The position numbers and the translations under genes are program-made. This document shows positions 1 through 11,629 of a stretch of 64,000 bases of DNA, one piece after another. The stretch comes from an uncultured Planctomycetota bacterium (GTDB taxonomy: Bacteria > Planctomycetota > Planctomycetia > Gemmatales > Gemmataceae). Numbering within the stretch: the stretch's first letter is position 1; each line of letters opens with the position of its first letter. Location: contig CAWKHF010000005.1 of NCBI GenBank assembly GCA_963849325.1, positions 608,001 through 672,000 of the forward strand, written 5' to 3'. The notes beneath the pieces were generated by a model. That model did no database searches and was not told where the DNA came from. It saw nothing but the letters and a program-made list of their open reading frames with translations.

Positions 1-449
1 TTGTTCGAGTACGACGTGAAGCCGCCGCTGCCGTAGACGGGGACCGACTCATGCGCGGCCCCCAGCAGGGTCACCAGCGGCAGGTCGAGAAGACGTGCTT
101 TGAGGTCCCACAAGGCGCAATCGACGGCGGAAATCGCCATCGACGAGACGCCCGGCCGGCCGAGGTTGCGGATCGACTTCACCATCTCGACCCAGGCGCC
201 GGCGATGTTCATGACATCGCGGCCCTCGACTTTCTTCGCCAGTTTCTCGTGGACCAGGTGGGCGGCGGCCTCGTCGGCGTAGGTATAGCCCAGGCCGGTA
301 TGTCCACCGCCCTCGACCTCGACGAGTACCAGGGTCGTGCTGTCCCAGGCGATGGTGCCGTCCGCCTCGGGCTGATCGGTGGGCACCTTGTAGGCGGAAA
401 CGTGGAGGTGGTCGATGGCGGCGTGCGTCGCCGTCGCGGTGGCAGGCAT
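1..449 (-). CDS. Mandelate racemase/muconate lactonizing (enolase superfamily) protein, N-terminal part; runs off the window
   Basis: Hand translation of the minus strand (not in ORF track): MPATATATHAAIDHLHVSAYKVPTDQPEADGT...GLGYTY...AISAVDCALWDLKAR...VPVYGSGG, the typical MR/MLE N-domain. Confidence 0.85.
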   Translation of the reverse strand, partial: MPATATATHAAIDHLHVSAYKVPTDQPEADGTIAWDSTTLVLVEVEGGGHTGLGYTYADEAAAHLVHEKLAKKVEGRDVMNIAGAWVEMVKSIRNLGRPGVSSMAISAVDCALWDLKARLLDLPLVTLLGAAHESVPVYGSGGFTSYSN

Positions 450-477
450 GATTGCTCCTTCTTTCCGTTCCGCGTCC

Positions 478-530
478 TGAGTTCTGAGTCCTGTTTTCAC
501 TCAGAACTCAGAACTCAGAACTCAGAACTC
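478..530. repeat. Heptamer tandem array (TCAGAAC)x4 with a short inverted copy, able to form a hairpin
   Basis: tgagttctgagt ... actcagaactcagaactcagaactcagaactc. Confidence 0.85.
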
Positions 531-2284
531 TAGACGACCTCCTTGATCTTGTTTTCCAGGACCGTTTTGAGGATCTCCGGAGCGAACTTTTCGCCGCGGA
601 TGAGCGATTTGGCGAAGTGCCAGGCCTGCTTCATGGTGGCGTGGCCGGGCATCGGCGGTTCGTGCGGATCGACCACCGCCTGCACGACGGCCGGACCCTG
701 CACCGCGAACGCCTTGCGCAGCGTCTCCTCGCACTTCTCCGGGTCTTCGATGGTGAAACCGGGACAGCCGACCGCCTCGGCGTACTTGGCGAAGTCGATC
801 GGGTGCAGCTCGACGCCGAATTGCGGGTTGGCCTCCATGACGATCTGCTCCCACTTGATCTGGCCGAGCGTGTTGTTCTTGATGATGACGACCTTGACGG
901 GCAGCTTGTACTTGACGATGGTGGCCAACTCGCACATGAGCATGGCGAAGCCGCCGTCGCCGATGAAGCAGAGCACCTGTCGGCCCGGATAGGCGATGGC
1001 CGCGCCGACCGAGTACGGCAGGGCGTTGGCCATGGTCGCCAACATGCCGGTGCAGGAAAACATCATCTTGTCGCGGATCTTGAGGTAGCGCGACGCCCAG
1101 GTCGTCACCGTGCCGCAGTCGCAGGCGATGATGGCGTCGTCGGCCAGGAACTTGTTCAGCTGGGCCGTCACCACCTGCGGCTTCATCGGCTTGTCCTTGC
1201 GGGTAGCGCGTTCGTCCATCAACTCGCGCCACTCCTTGACGTTCTTCTGCGCCGTCTCCAGAAAACTTCGGTCCTTCTTCGGCTGGACCATCGGCAGGAG
1301 CGCTTCCAGGACGCGGCGGCAATCGCCGACCAGCGGGACGTCCACGGGGTAGCGCAGGCCGATGCGAGCGGCGTCGAGATCGATCTGCACGCACTTGGCC
1401 TGTCCCGGCTTGGGCAGAAACTGCACGTAGGGGAAATTGCTGCCGATGATGAAGAAGGTATCGCACGCCATCATGGCGTCCTGCGACGGCGCCGTGCCCA
1501 GCAGTCCCATCCCGCCGGTTGCATAGGGGCTGTCGTCGAGCAACACCGCCTTGCCGAGCAGGGCGTTGGCGACCGGAGCGCCGAGTTTCTCGGCTGCTTG
1601 CGTGACGGCCTCGCGGGCCTGCAAGGCGCCGCGGCCGGTCAGGATGGCGACCTTCTTGCCGGCGTTGAGGATGTCGGCCGCCTTTTGCAGCAGATCGCGC
1701 GACGGCAACGGGCTGGCCGCCGCGAACGTATCGCCGCTGTGGCCGGCGATGTTCATGCTGGAGCGCGGCACCTCGTCCGCCGTCCACTCCTGGATGTCCT
1801 TGGGGATGGTAATGTGCGACACGCCGCGCCGCGCCAGCGCCGTGCGGATGGCCTCGTCCACCACGTTATGGACGTGGGTCGGACCCATGAGGCGCTCGTT
1901 GTAGACGGACACGTCCATGAACACCTTGTCGAGATCCACGTCCTGCTGGAATTGAGTGCCGATCATGTCGTGGAAGGTGTGGCCGGTGATGGCCAGGACG
2001 GGCTGGTTGTCGTACTTGGCGTCGTACAGGCCGTTGAGCAGGTGGATGCCGCCCGGTCCCGAGGTGGCCACGCACACGCCGAGCGAGCCGGTGTACTTGG
2101 CATAGCCGCAGGCCGCGAAGGCCGCCGCCTCCTCGTGCCGGACCTGAATGAACTGGATCTTGTCCTGGTGCGTACGCAGCGCCTCGAAGAAGCCGTTGAT
2201 GCCGTCGCCGGGGAGGCCGAAGATCACCTTCACGCCCCAGTCGATCAGTCGTTCGAGCAGCAGGTCGGCCACAGTCTTTGCCAT
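530..2284 (-). CDS. Thiamine-pyrophosphate-dependent enzyme, pyruvate oxidase/dehydrogenase (PoxB-like)
   Basis: ORF 530..2308 with GLPGDGING, RHEEAAAFAA, TSGPGGIHLLNGLYDAK and GDGGF...KNN TPP motif; start MAKTVAD at 2284 follows a GGAGA RBS. Confidence 0.9.
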   Translation of the reverse strand: MAKTVADLLLERLIDWGVKVIFGLPGDGINGFFEALRTHQDKIQFIQVRHEEAAAFAACGYAKYTGSLGVCVATSGPGGIHLLNGLYDAKYDNQPVLAITGHTFHDMIGTQFQQDVDLDKVFMDVSVYNERLMGPTHVHNVVDEAIRTALARRGVSHITIPKDIQEWTADEVPRSSMNIAGHSGDTFAAASPLPSRDLLQKAADILNAGKKVAILTGRGALQAREAVTQAAEKLGAPVANALLGKAVLLDDSPYATGGMGLLGTAPSQDAMMACDTFFIIGSNFPYVQFLPKPGQAKCVQIDLDAARIGLRYPVDVPLVGDCRRVLEALLPMVQPKKDRSFLETAQKNVKEWRELMDERATRKDKPMKPQVVTAQLNKFLADDAIIACDCGTVTTWASRYLKIRDKMMFSCTGMLATMANALPYSVGAAIAYPGRQVLCFIGDGGFAMLMCELATIVKYKLPVKVVIIKNNTLGQIKWEQIVMEANPQFGVELHPIDFAKYAEAVGCPGFTIEDPEKCEETLRKAFAVQGPAVVQAVVDPHEPPMPGHATMKQAWHFAKSLIRGEKFAPEILKTVLENKIKEVV

Positions 2285-2386
2285 GTCGCATTCTCCATTT
2301 TTGTGCAACCCAGTGATGCGTGGCCCGGCCTCCCGGACCCCCGATTTCAGTCCATTGCTGGCGGCTTCGCGTCCAGAGAACGCTAA

Positions 2387-2530
2387 GTGTCTGTCCGTTA
2401 AGCCCCTCTCCCCCGTACTCGGGGGAGAGGGGTTGGGGTGAGGGGGTGCGGTTTCCCAGGGTTTGCCGCCCCCTCACCCCCTACCCCTCTCCCCCGAGTA
2501 CGGGGGAGAGGGGGCTTCCGCGACAGACTC
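2387..2530. repeat. MITE/REP-like palindromic element: GTGTCTGTC...GACAGACTC ends around a CCCCTCTCCCCC core
   Basis: Inverted cccctctcccccg...cgggggagagggg and ggggtgagggg/cccctcaccccc arms; related copy at 57507-57707. Confidence 0.8.
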
Positions 2531-2546
2531 TCAGCCGCCAGCGCCT

Positions 2547-5422
2547 TCACGACGGTACGGTCAACGTGTGCGGCGCACGGTGCAGGATCTCCGTATTGAG
2601 CCACGCCAGCTGCCGTTTGTTCTGCCCCTGCAAGTGATGGCACGTCTCCAGCAAATCCTTGTCTCGCAGTGCCTGCGCTGCCTGCATCACCGTCGTCAGC
2701 AGAACCTGTACCTCGGTGGCCAGCACGAACAGGTTTTGCAGGTCGCGCAGCAATCCCAGCGCGCCGACGTGCGTGGGACCGAACATTTCCTTGCGCAGGT
2801 CGGCCGGCTCGGACGAATCGCGCCGGCCGTACTTCGCCCGAAACGGCCCCAGCGCCTCGACCGCCTCGCGGGAGAATCCCGCCAGCATCGACAGGATGTA
2901 GCGGACCTCCGTCTCGTCGATGTGATGCCCCGCCACGGTCTGACACGCCTTGGCGAACTGCTCGTTGGCGTCGGCGAGCAGGCCGAGGTGATCGGGTACG
3001 TGGCTGCGCGATTCGTGGGCGGCGGACAGCACCTTGTCCGTCAGTTCCTTGGCTCGGTCCACGATCTTCGAGGCCACGTCCGCCGCTCGTTGGCCGAGCG
3101 AGGGCTGCGCCGTGCCGGCCTTGCGCAGCTGTACCGCGGCCGTCTTGTAGAGCGGCTGCTTGCTGACGGGATCCCAGGCGGTCAGGGTCAGTTCGTTGGC
3201 CGCCCGCTCGTGATCGGGATCCTTCTCGTCCCAGTAGCCGTAGTGGAAGGGGATGAAGAGATGGCCCGGCAAGATGTCGCCGATGCGCAGCGGGGCTGCG
3301 CACCGTACCGCGCCGCGAGGACACTTCCACCAACGTCGCCCTCCTGGATGCCCAGTCGCCCGGCGTCCTCGGCCGCCATCTCCACGAACGATTCCGGGGC
3401 CGCTTGCTGAAGCTCCGGGCAGCGGCCGGTCTTGGTGCGCGTGTGGAAGTGGTAGACGAGCCGGCCGGTCGTCAACCAAAACGGATACTCCTTGTCCGGT
3501 TCTTCCGGCGGCGGCAGGTAGTTCGCCGCCTTGAGGATCGCCCGCCCTCTCGGATCGTTGGCCCGGTACTCCTCCTCGGTGATGGAGGCGCCGGTCTCCA
3601 GGTCGTGGCCATAGGTCTCGCACACCTCGGAGGCGGTGCGGAAAACGAAATCGGTGTAGATGCGTTCGCATCCGTCGGGGTACTTGTCGTTGCACGGCCA
3701 GGGGATGCCGGAACCGGCGCGGAGCTTGGCGTAGCTGAGGCCGCTGTAGTCGATGAACAGGCCGCGCGTCGCCTCCTTCCAGTGGTTGAAGGCGCCCTCG
3801 GCGTCGTCCACTTGACGAGCGGTTGGCCGTCCTTGTCGCGGAAGTCCATGCGCCGCGCGAAGTCGAGCAGGATGTCGAGATCGGCGCGGGCCTCGCCGGG
3901 AGGATCGATGGCCTTGTGCGAGATGTGGACGGTGCGGTCGGCGTTGGTGAACGTGCCGGTCTTCTCGCCCCAGATGGCGGCCGGCAGCACCAGGTCGGCC
4001 AGCTGTCGCCGTCTCCGTCAAAAAGGCGTCCTGCACGACGACGAACAGCCCCTTCGGTGCGCAGAATCTTGCGGATGCGGTGCAGCTCCGGCAGCGACAC
4101 GGCCGGGATTGGTCGCCATGATCCACAGCAACTTGATCGAGCCGGTCTCGGCGTGGCGAAAAATCTCCAGGGCGTGGGCGTGCGTGTGCCAGTGGGGGAT
4201 GGTGAGCGGATCGACGTTCCAGCGGCGGGCCAGCTCCCGGACGTGGGCGGCGTTGAGCGGGTTGAGACCGAAGGGGAACTCGCCGTCGCAGCCGCATTCG
4301 CGCGTGTTCTGCGACGTCGGCTGGCCATTCATCTGGAAGATGCCGCAGCCGGGCTTGCCGATCAGCCCGCGAATGAGGTTCAAGTTGTTGACCTGGCAGG
4401 CGGCGGCGCCCGCCTGGTTGGACTGGTAGACGCCTTGCAGGACCACGGACACCAGCGTTGGCGTGGACGTCAGAATCTCGGCGGCGGCGCGAAGTTTGTC
4501 CACAGGGATGCCGGTGATGTCGCGGACGCGCTCGGGCGGATAGTTGCGGACGACCTGCTCCAGCTTCTCGAAACCAACGGTGTGCTCCTGGACGAAGGCG
4601 CGATCGACGCCGCCGTTTTGAATGACGAGATGGAGCAGCCCATTCAGGACGGCCACATTCGTCCCCGCGCGGGGCGAGGTGGACGTCGGCCTCGCGCGCC
4701 GTCGCCGTCTTGCGCGGATCGACGACGACGAGGCGCGGCGGCCGCGGGCCGCGGCGGCGGTCCAGCAGGCGCATCCACAGCACCGTTTTGGTCATCGCCA
4801 TGTCCGAGCCGATGATGAAGACGCCGTCGGCGACATCGACATCGACGTAAGAACAGGGCTGGCCATCGGTGCCGAACGTCTCGCGCATGGCGATGGACGC
4901 CGTCGCGGTACAGAGGCGGGTGTTGCCGTCGAGGTGGTTGGTGCCCAGGCCGCCGTGGGCGATGAGGCTCAGCGTGTAATACTCTTCGAGGAAGAACTGG
5001 CCGGTGTTGTAGAAGCCGACGGCCCCGCCGGTGTACTGGTCACGCACTTCCCGCGTCCGGCGGACGAGCAGGTCCATGGCCTCGTCCCAGGACGCTTCAC
5101 GGAAACGGTCTCCTTCGCGGATCAGCGGACGGGTCAGCCGATCGGGACTGTGGTTGGCGCGCCAGCCATACAGCCCCTTGGGACCGAGCCGGCCGCGATT
5201 GACGCGATCGACGCCCCGGCCACGCACACCGACGATGCGATTGTCCTTGACGCCGATGTCCAGGGCACAGCCATTGGCACACAAGACGCACGCCGACTGC
5301 ACCCAATGGTCCGGCTGCTCGTCCAATCGCTCATCAACGCGCACCGGCCATTGTCCTTCCCCCTCGTAGGGTGTGCGTGGCCCCCAGATGTCTTCGATGC
5401 TGTTGCGCGTCTCACGAAACAC
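2547..5422 (-). CDS. Molybdopterin (Mo-bisMGD) oxidoreductase, nitrate reductase/formate dehydrogenase-like, with a C-terminal helical extension; several frameshifts
   Basis: Consecutive fragments in ORFs 3188..5422, 4018..4656, 3472..3990 and 2547..4328: CVLCANGC, DGNTRLC, GQPTSQNTRECG, LPAAIWGEKTGTFTNADR, FIPFHYG, ANELT...WDPVSKQP. Confidence 0.85.
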
Positions 5423-5532
5423 ATCGGCCTCCTCATCGAGCCGAACAAGTCCGGCCGTGGGCGTCTCGTTTGCGTAGCCTGGTTCTCATCGCCGCGCATT
5501 CGGGTGCGCCAGCGTCAATCCGCCTTCCCAGT

Positions 5533-5606
5533 ACCTCGTTTAGCCGCGACGCGCAGCGGAGCGCGAGTGCCGACGCGCTCCGCTGCGCGTCGCGGCTAAA
5601 CGAGGT
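5533..5606. repeat. REP-like palindrome family A (TTTAGCCGCGACGCGCAGCGGAGCGCG...inverse)
   Basis: Perfect arms; copies at 38080, 39131, 51290 and 62991, half copy at about 22343. Confidence 0.9.
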
Positions 5607-5658
5607 GCTCGCAAATGCGATGCCTCTTGCCGCCTTCCGGCCAATCGTTAAGCGTTTG

Positions 5659-6833
5659 TCACTTCGCCGGCCCGTCCTTGTCGGCGATGAAGACGCGATA
5701 GCGCGGCAATTGGTCGATCACCGACTCCGGCCGGTCCGAAGTTGGCGGCCAGCAGATAATCCGGGTTGGCGGCCAACCACTGCGACAGGTCGATGGCCTG
5801 GTAATGGCCGGTGTTGAAGGCGATCAGGACGCGGGCCGGCTTCTCGTCGCTGTCGTTCTCGATGGAGTGGCCGAAGCCGGTCGGGACGTAGCCGACGTCG
5901 CCGGCGTTGAACGTCTCCTGGCGCCAGCGGCCCTTCGAGCCGAAGAGGCTGATGCGGACGCGGCCGGAGATGACGTACTGCCATTCGTCGGCGTTGGGGT
6001 GCCAGTGCAGCTCGCGCAGGCCGCCGGGATTGAGGTCGAGGATCACGCCGGTGACGGTTGTGGAGATGGGGAAACGATCCTGACCGATGCGCCATTCGCG
6101 GCCGCCGCTGTGCAGCGAGTGCGGCTTCTCGGCCAACATGCGGAACTTGTGCGTGTTGGGCGGCGGATCGAGCGCCTTGCGATGTTCGGGCTGGATGTCG
6201 TCGGGCGGCACGGGACCGCGAGCAAAATAGACCTCCTTGGTCGGAAATTTGTCGAAGTCCTTTTCGGGCAGGCCAAGGTTCTTGGCCAGCAGACGGTGCG
6301 GCGTATGTCCGATCCAGTCGGTGACGCTGAAGGTGGAGAACTCGGAGAAATAGCCGTTGTCGAAGACGAGGACGAAATGACAGGGCTTGTGGCCGAGGCA
6401 CTGGATGGAGTGGCCGTGGCCGCGCGGGAAATACCAGATGTCGCCGGGGTCGAAGTCGTTGGTTTCGGCGTGGCCCTCGGGGTCGATGACGGTGGTACGG
6501 CAGCGTCCTTCGATGACGAAGGCCCATTCGGCGGCGGTGGCGTGCCAGTGCAGCTCGCGCATGGCGCCCGGCTCCAGCCGCATCGACACGCCGGCGATGC
6601 CCTTGGAGATGGGCAGCTGCTTGACCGTGGCCTCCTTGCCGGAGCTGCCGCCGATGACCTTGCCCTTGCGTGTCTTCCAGGGCGAAGCGAAACGTCGGCA
6701 ATTCGTCGCCGTCGAGCAGGGGGTCGGGTTGGTTGACGAGGTCGGTAGGGGTCGGCTGGGCCGCCGCCTCTGCCAGGATCGCGGTCGCGGCCGCTGAACC
6801 GACCAAAAAATGGCGACGTGTCAACTCCGACAT
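5659..6833 (-). CDS. Oxalate decarboxylase-family bicupin with Tat signal peptide; frameshifted near 6670 and 5735
   Basis: Two cupin motifs RELHWHATAAEW and RELHWHPNADEW, each followed by GHSI; N-terminus MSELTRRHFL...AEAAA. Confidence 0.85.
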
Positions 6834-7024
6834 GATGTCTCCTTGGGACGTGAGGTTTCCTGGTAACAAGGTGGGCTTGTGCGACAAGGGTTGAGCAATG
6901 CTCGTGCCAACCAGGCGAGCGGGACCGGATGAGCGTCCCGAGGAACGTGGTCCCGCATCGCGCTCGGTCCCATAGTATAATCGCGTGCCCTCTCGGTGCG
7001 TTCTGGCGGGAAGTGGGTTCGTTC

Positions 7025-9402
7025 ATGCGCTGGTCCATCATTCGTCTCATCTGGATGCGAGAGTTGCGCGACCAGCTGCGCGACCGCCGCACCGTCTTCA
7101 TGATTGCCGTGCTGCCGGTGCTGCTCTACCCGCTCGCCGGCTTCGGCGTCATGCAGCTGGCGCTGGGCTACCTGGGCAAACCGACCGTCATCGGCGTGCA
7201 GGGCCGGCAGTATCTTCCTCCGTTGACATCCCACTGCACCGCTTTCAGCCCCGTACCCGCCCTGTCCTGGCTGACCGTCACGCCTGCCGCTCCCGGCGTC
7301 CCAATGGCCGGGGCGGAGAGAGTGGTCGCGGCGGCGGCGCTGGCGCAGGCACGGCGGAGCGACCCTCATCAGGACTACCCGCCTCTGTTCCTCTCCGACG
7401 GCGAAAATCTCCGCTTCCCGACGGCGTACCTCGAAACGCCCCAGGAGGCCCGAACGCTCGTCATCCGGCCGCTCGACACGCCGACGCGGGACGCCGACCC
7501 GGCACCGCTCGACCCGAACGACTTCACCCGCCATCTCGACGGCCGACCGCACGACTTCCTGGCGCATGTGGATCGCACCGCGCTGGACAATCGGCAAGTC
7601 GATCTCCTCCTTCATCGTGCCGGCCAACTTCGAGGAGATTTTGCGAGCGGACGGCCGACCGCTGCTCTACGTCCTGACGCGCGAAGGCGACGAGCGTTCG
7701 CGGCTCATGGACAACCGGGTATCTCTGATCCTGCGGCAGTGGAAGAGACATCTCAAGGACGTGCGGCTGCTGCGGCAGGGGTTGCCGGCGGACTACGACG
7801 AGCCGATCGAGGTGCGCGACGCGGCGCGGGCCGGCGCGGCGGGCAAACGGGCCTCCGACGAGTTGCTGGAATGCTCGTGCGTATCTTTCCGTTCATCCTC
7901 GTCATGTGGTCGCTGGCCGGGGCGCTGTATCCGGCCGTCGATCTGTGCGCCGGCGAGAAGGAGCGCGGCACGATGGAGACGCTGCTCATCAGCCCGGCCA
8001 GCCGCGAGGAGATCGTCTGGGGCAAGTTCCTGACCATCTGGGTCTTCAGCGCCGCCACCGCCCTGCTCAACCTGCTCAGCATGGGCGTCACCACCTGGCA
8101 GTTCGGCAGTCTGCTCAGCGCCGGCGCCGCCTTCCGGCCGGCCGCCCTGTTCTGGGCCGTGGCCCTGCTGCTGCCGCTGTCGGCGTTCTTCAGCGCCGTC
8201 TGTCTCGCCGTCGGCGCCTACGCCCGCAGCACCAAGGAAGGTCAGTATTACCTGATGCCGCTGTTCCTCGTCACCATGCCGCTCATCTTTCTGACGCTGG
8301 CGCCGGGAGTCGAGCTGAATCCCTTTTACAGCATGGTGCCGGTGACGGGCGTGGCGCTGTTGTTGCAAAAGCTGATGGCCGTCAAGCCGCCGGACAACGA
8401 TCTGTGGGCCTATTTCGTGCCGGTGCTGGCGCCGATGGTCGTGTATAGCTGGCTGGCCCTGCGCTGGGCCATCGAGCAGTTCCAGCGCGAGGAAGTGCTG
8501 TTCCGCGAGGCCGAGCGCCTCGACTTGAAATTATGGCTGCGGCGATTGTTCCGCGAGAAAGAAGCCCTGCCCAGCGCCGGGCAGGCGCTGTTCTGTTTCG
8601 CCCTGATCTTCGGACTGCACTGGCTGACGCTGGGCGTCGGCGGCCGGGCGCCGGTCGTGGCCTGCAACGCCATCCGTTATCTCGCCTTCGTGGCGGCCCC
8701 GCCGCTGTTCATGGCCCTGCTGCTGACTACGCGGCCGCTGCAAGGGTTGTCGCTGCGCCGGCCGCCGCGATGGGCCTGGCCGTTGGCGGTGGTGCTGGCG
8801 GTCCTGCTGCTGCCGCCGTTCGCCGCCCTGACGCTGTTCGTGCTCGAACAATTCCCGCAAATCCGGCAGACACTGCTGGAAGCGCACGATGCCGGCCGCA
8901 CCGGAGGCGAGACTGCCCGAGCGCGCCGGCCGCGGCTCTGTATCTGTTCGTGTTCGTGCTCCTGCCGGCCGTGTGCGAGGAACTGGCCTTCCGTGGCTTC
9001 ATCCTCACGGGCCTGCTCCGGCGCTTTCGGCCGTGGACGGCCGTGCTCCTCAGCAGTTTCGTCTATGCCCTGTATCAGATGAACGTGTTCCAGGCGGGGC
9101 CGCACTTTTTGCTCGGCATGGTCCTCGCCCTGCTCGTGCTGCGCACCGGCAGCGTCGGCAGTGCGATCGTCTTTCATCTCGTCTGGGAGTTGCTGTTGCG
9201 CGGGCCACTCGTCGAGCCGGAGTTGTTTCGCGTCGTCGCCTGGCTCCAAGGATCGCCGCTGTCGGAATGGGGAATGGTGCTGATCTGCCTGGTCCTGGCC
9301 GCCCCGATCCTTTCCGCCCTCGGTCATCCGCTTTTCGCCCTCCGCCGGAAGGAAGAGGCGGAGGGCGATAAGCGAAAGCTCACCAATCCGAGCCAGGAGT
9401 GA
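7025..9402 (+). CDS. ABC-2/NatB-like permease fused to a CPBP (CAAX protease-like) domain; frameshifted
   Basis: [30 protein letters not shown], and C-terminal [12 protein letters not shown] (ORFs 6929..9082, 7566..8033, 8533..9402). Confidence 0.8.
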
Positions 9403-10282
9403 GACTGTCGTTGGGGACCATGGCGATGTTGAAGCTCTTCTGCGTGATGCTACTGTTGACGTTGCGCACACTGCCGTCGCCCAGGCCCACCAGAAGCACA
9501 CCGGTGTGGCTGCTCGACGGCCAATAATGGACGCAGTTGCTGGCGTTGGTGATGGTGAATTGGGGCTTGATGTTGGGCGACTTGTCCATCGCGCCGGCCT
9601 GATTGGTGCCGACAAGGGGCATGTAGCCGCCGTTGCCGTTGGCCGCCCAACGGGTCCCCGCTGCTCCTCCGCTGGAACAATAAGCCAGTTTCTCGGTCCA
9701 GAAAATGGTGTTGGACAAGCCGTCGGGGATGTCGCGCGGGATCACCGTGCCCCCCTTCCAGTTGAACTTGGTGACGTTCGTGGTGTTCGGCGTCGTGATG
9801 ATCGAGCCGAAGACCTGGCCATTGGCGCCGTAGGAGGCAAAGGAACCCACGGTGTTTCCCGTGGCGGTCATGCCCGCTTTGAGCGTGGCGTCGCTGGGGC
9901 ACTGGTAGACCTTGATGGTAACCTTGCTATTCCCATTCCAGTTACTGGACGAACCGGCCAACTTGATCTGGTTGAACAAGTTTTGTTGCTCGATGTAGGG
10001 GAGTATCCAAACGGTGGGCGGCGCCGACAAACCGGCACCCGCCGTGCTTGGGTAAAACGAATGCGCCGGCGGCAGTTCGCCGTAGGTATCGGCGCAATTC
10101 TGCGTGGCCAGACCGAGTTGTTTGAAATTGTTCTGGCACTGGCTGCGGGCGGCGGCCTCGCGCACTTTCTGCACGGCCGGCAGCAGCAGACCGACAAGGA
10201 CGGCAATAATGGCGATGACCACCAATAACTCGATCAGCGTGAAGGCGGCACGCACACGTGGGCGGGATCTCGGACACTTCAT
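9380..10282 (-). CDS. DUF1559 prepilin-type N-terminal cleavage/methylation protein
   Basis: [46 protein letters not shown]...GLGDGSV. Confidence 0.93.
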   Translation of the reverse strand: MKCPRSRPRVRAAFTLIELLVVIAIIAVLVGLLLPAVQKVREAAARSQCQNNFKQLGLATQNCADTYGELPPAHSFYPSTAGAGLSAPPTVWILPYIEQQNLFNQIKLAGSSSNWNGNSKVTIKVYQCPSDATLKAGMTATGNTVGSFASYGANGQVFGSIITTPNTTNVTKFNWKGGTVIPRDIPDGLSNTIFWTEKLAYCSSGGAAGTRWAANGNGGYMPLVGTNQAGAMDKSPNIKPQFTITNASNCVHYWPSSSHTGVLLVGLGDGSVRNVNSSITQKSFNIAMVPNDSLTPGSDW

Positions 10283-10385
10283 GAATCAACCTCCTCGAAT
10301 CCTCTACTTGGCCCTGACCGCCCTGGTGCCTTCCGTTCGCCGTCGCTCCGCCGGCAGGAACCGGCGGAGGACGGCGAACGGAATC

Positions 10386-11286
10386 TCACCAGTCCGGGCC
10401 AGGGGTGAGACTATCGTTGGGGACCATGGCGATATTGAAGCTGTTCTTCGAGATGCTGCTGTTGAGGCTGCGCACACTGCCGTCGCCCAGGCCAACCATC
10501 AGCGCGGCGGTGTGGCTGCTCGACGGCCAATAGGCATTGCAGTTCGCGCTGTTGAAGATGTTGAATTGGGGCACGATATTGGGCGACACGCCCAAAGCGT
10601 TTACAACTTTGGAACCGACAAGGGGCGTGGATGCGCCGCCCGCGCCCGCCCAGCGATTGACCGTCCCGCCGCAGTAAGCCAGTCTCTCGGTCCAGAAAAT
10701 GGTGTTGGACAAGCCGTCGGGGATGTCGCGCGCGATCATGGTGCCACCCTTCGTAACGCAAGCGGTGATGTTCGTGGAGTTCGGCGTCGTGGTGATCGAC
10801 CCGAAGACCTGATTATTGGCGGCATACGAGATGAAACTCCCCTGGGAGTCCCCCGAGGCGGTCATGCCCGCCTTGAGCGTGGCATCGCTGGGGCACTGAT
10901 AGATCTTGATGCTGGTGGGGCTTTGCCCATTGTAGTTGATCGGGCTGGAGAGGCTGTTCTGATTACATGAGGCTCTGATAGAGCGGCTGTTGCTCGATAT
11001 AGGGGAGTATCCACACCGTGATCGGCGCCTGCAAGTTGGCAGCCGTGGTCGGGTAATGCCCGTAAGCCGGCGGCAGTTCGCCGCCGTAGGTGTCGGCGGC
11101 GTTCTGCGTGGCCAGGCCGAGTTGCTTGAAATTGTTCTGGCACTGGCTGCGGGCGGCGGCCTCGCGCACTTTCTGCACGGCCGGCAGCAGCAGACCGACG
11201 AGGACGGCAATGATGGCGATCACCACCAGCAGCTCGATCAGCGTGAAGGCGGCGCGCACACGTGGATGGGACCTTGGACGTTCCAT
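10386..11286 (-). CDS. DUF1559 prepilin-type protein, tandem paralog; one frameshift near 10965
   Basis: ORF 10963..11286 (N-half) plus 10386..11210 (C-half), same motifs as neighbour. Confidence 0.88.
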
Positions 11287-11629
11287 GAATCAACCTCCCC
11301 GAATCCTCTATGAAAGAACAAGACCATCAAAAGGGCGGCAGCAGGTGCCTCGCTTTTGATACAACGTGAACGACTTGACTTGGCTATCCACTTGTCGAGG
11401 ATAAGACCGCCGTAGGTTGCCGCGTCAAGGGTCCCACTCGACATTTTTTCCGGAGCAGGGAACGTCGTCCCCGCCGCGCGGAGTCGTCTCCACGCCCCGC
11501 AAGAGAGCCTCGCTGCGCAGCCGCGGCCACGCGCGGCGGCGAAAAGAGCTTGACGATCCGGGTCATCGCCGTTGTGATAAGGTCTGTGGATTTCGTGGTC
11601 CGCGACGTGGTTGCGATGGCGGGAACGAG

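Noticed and set aside
9380-11286. DUF1559 pair as a diversity-generating retroelement TR/VR
   Set aside because: Differences include indels and all base types, both copies are coding, and no reverse transcriptase is present.
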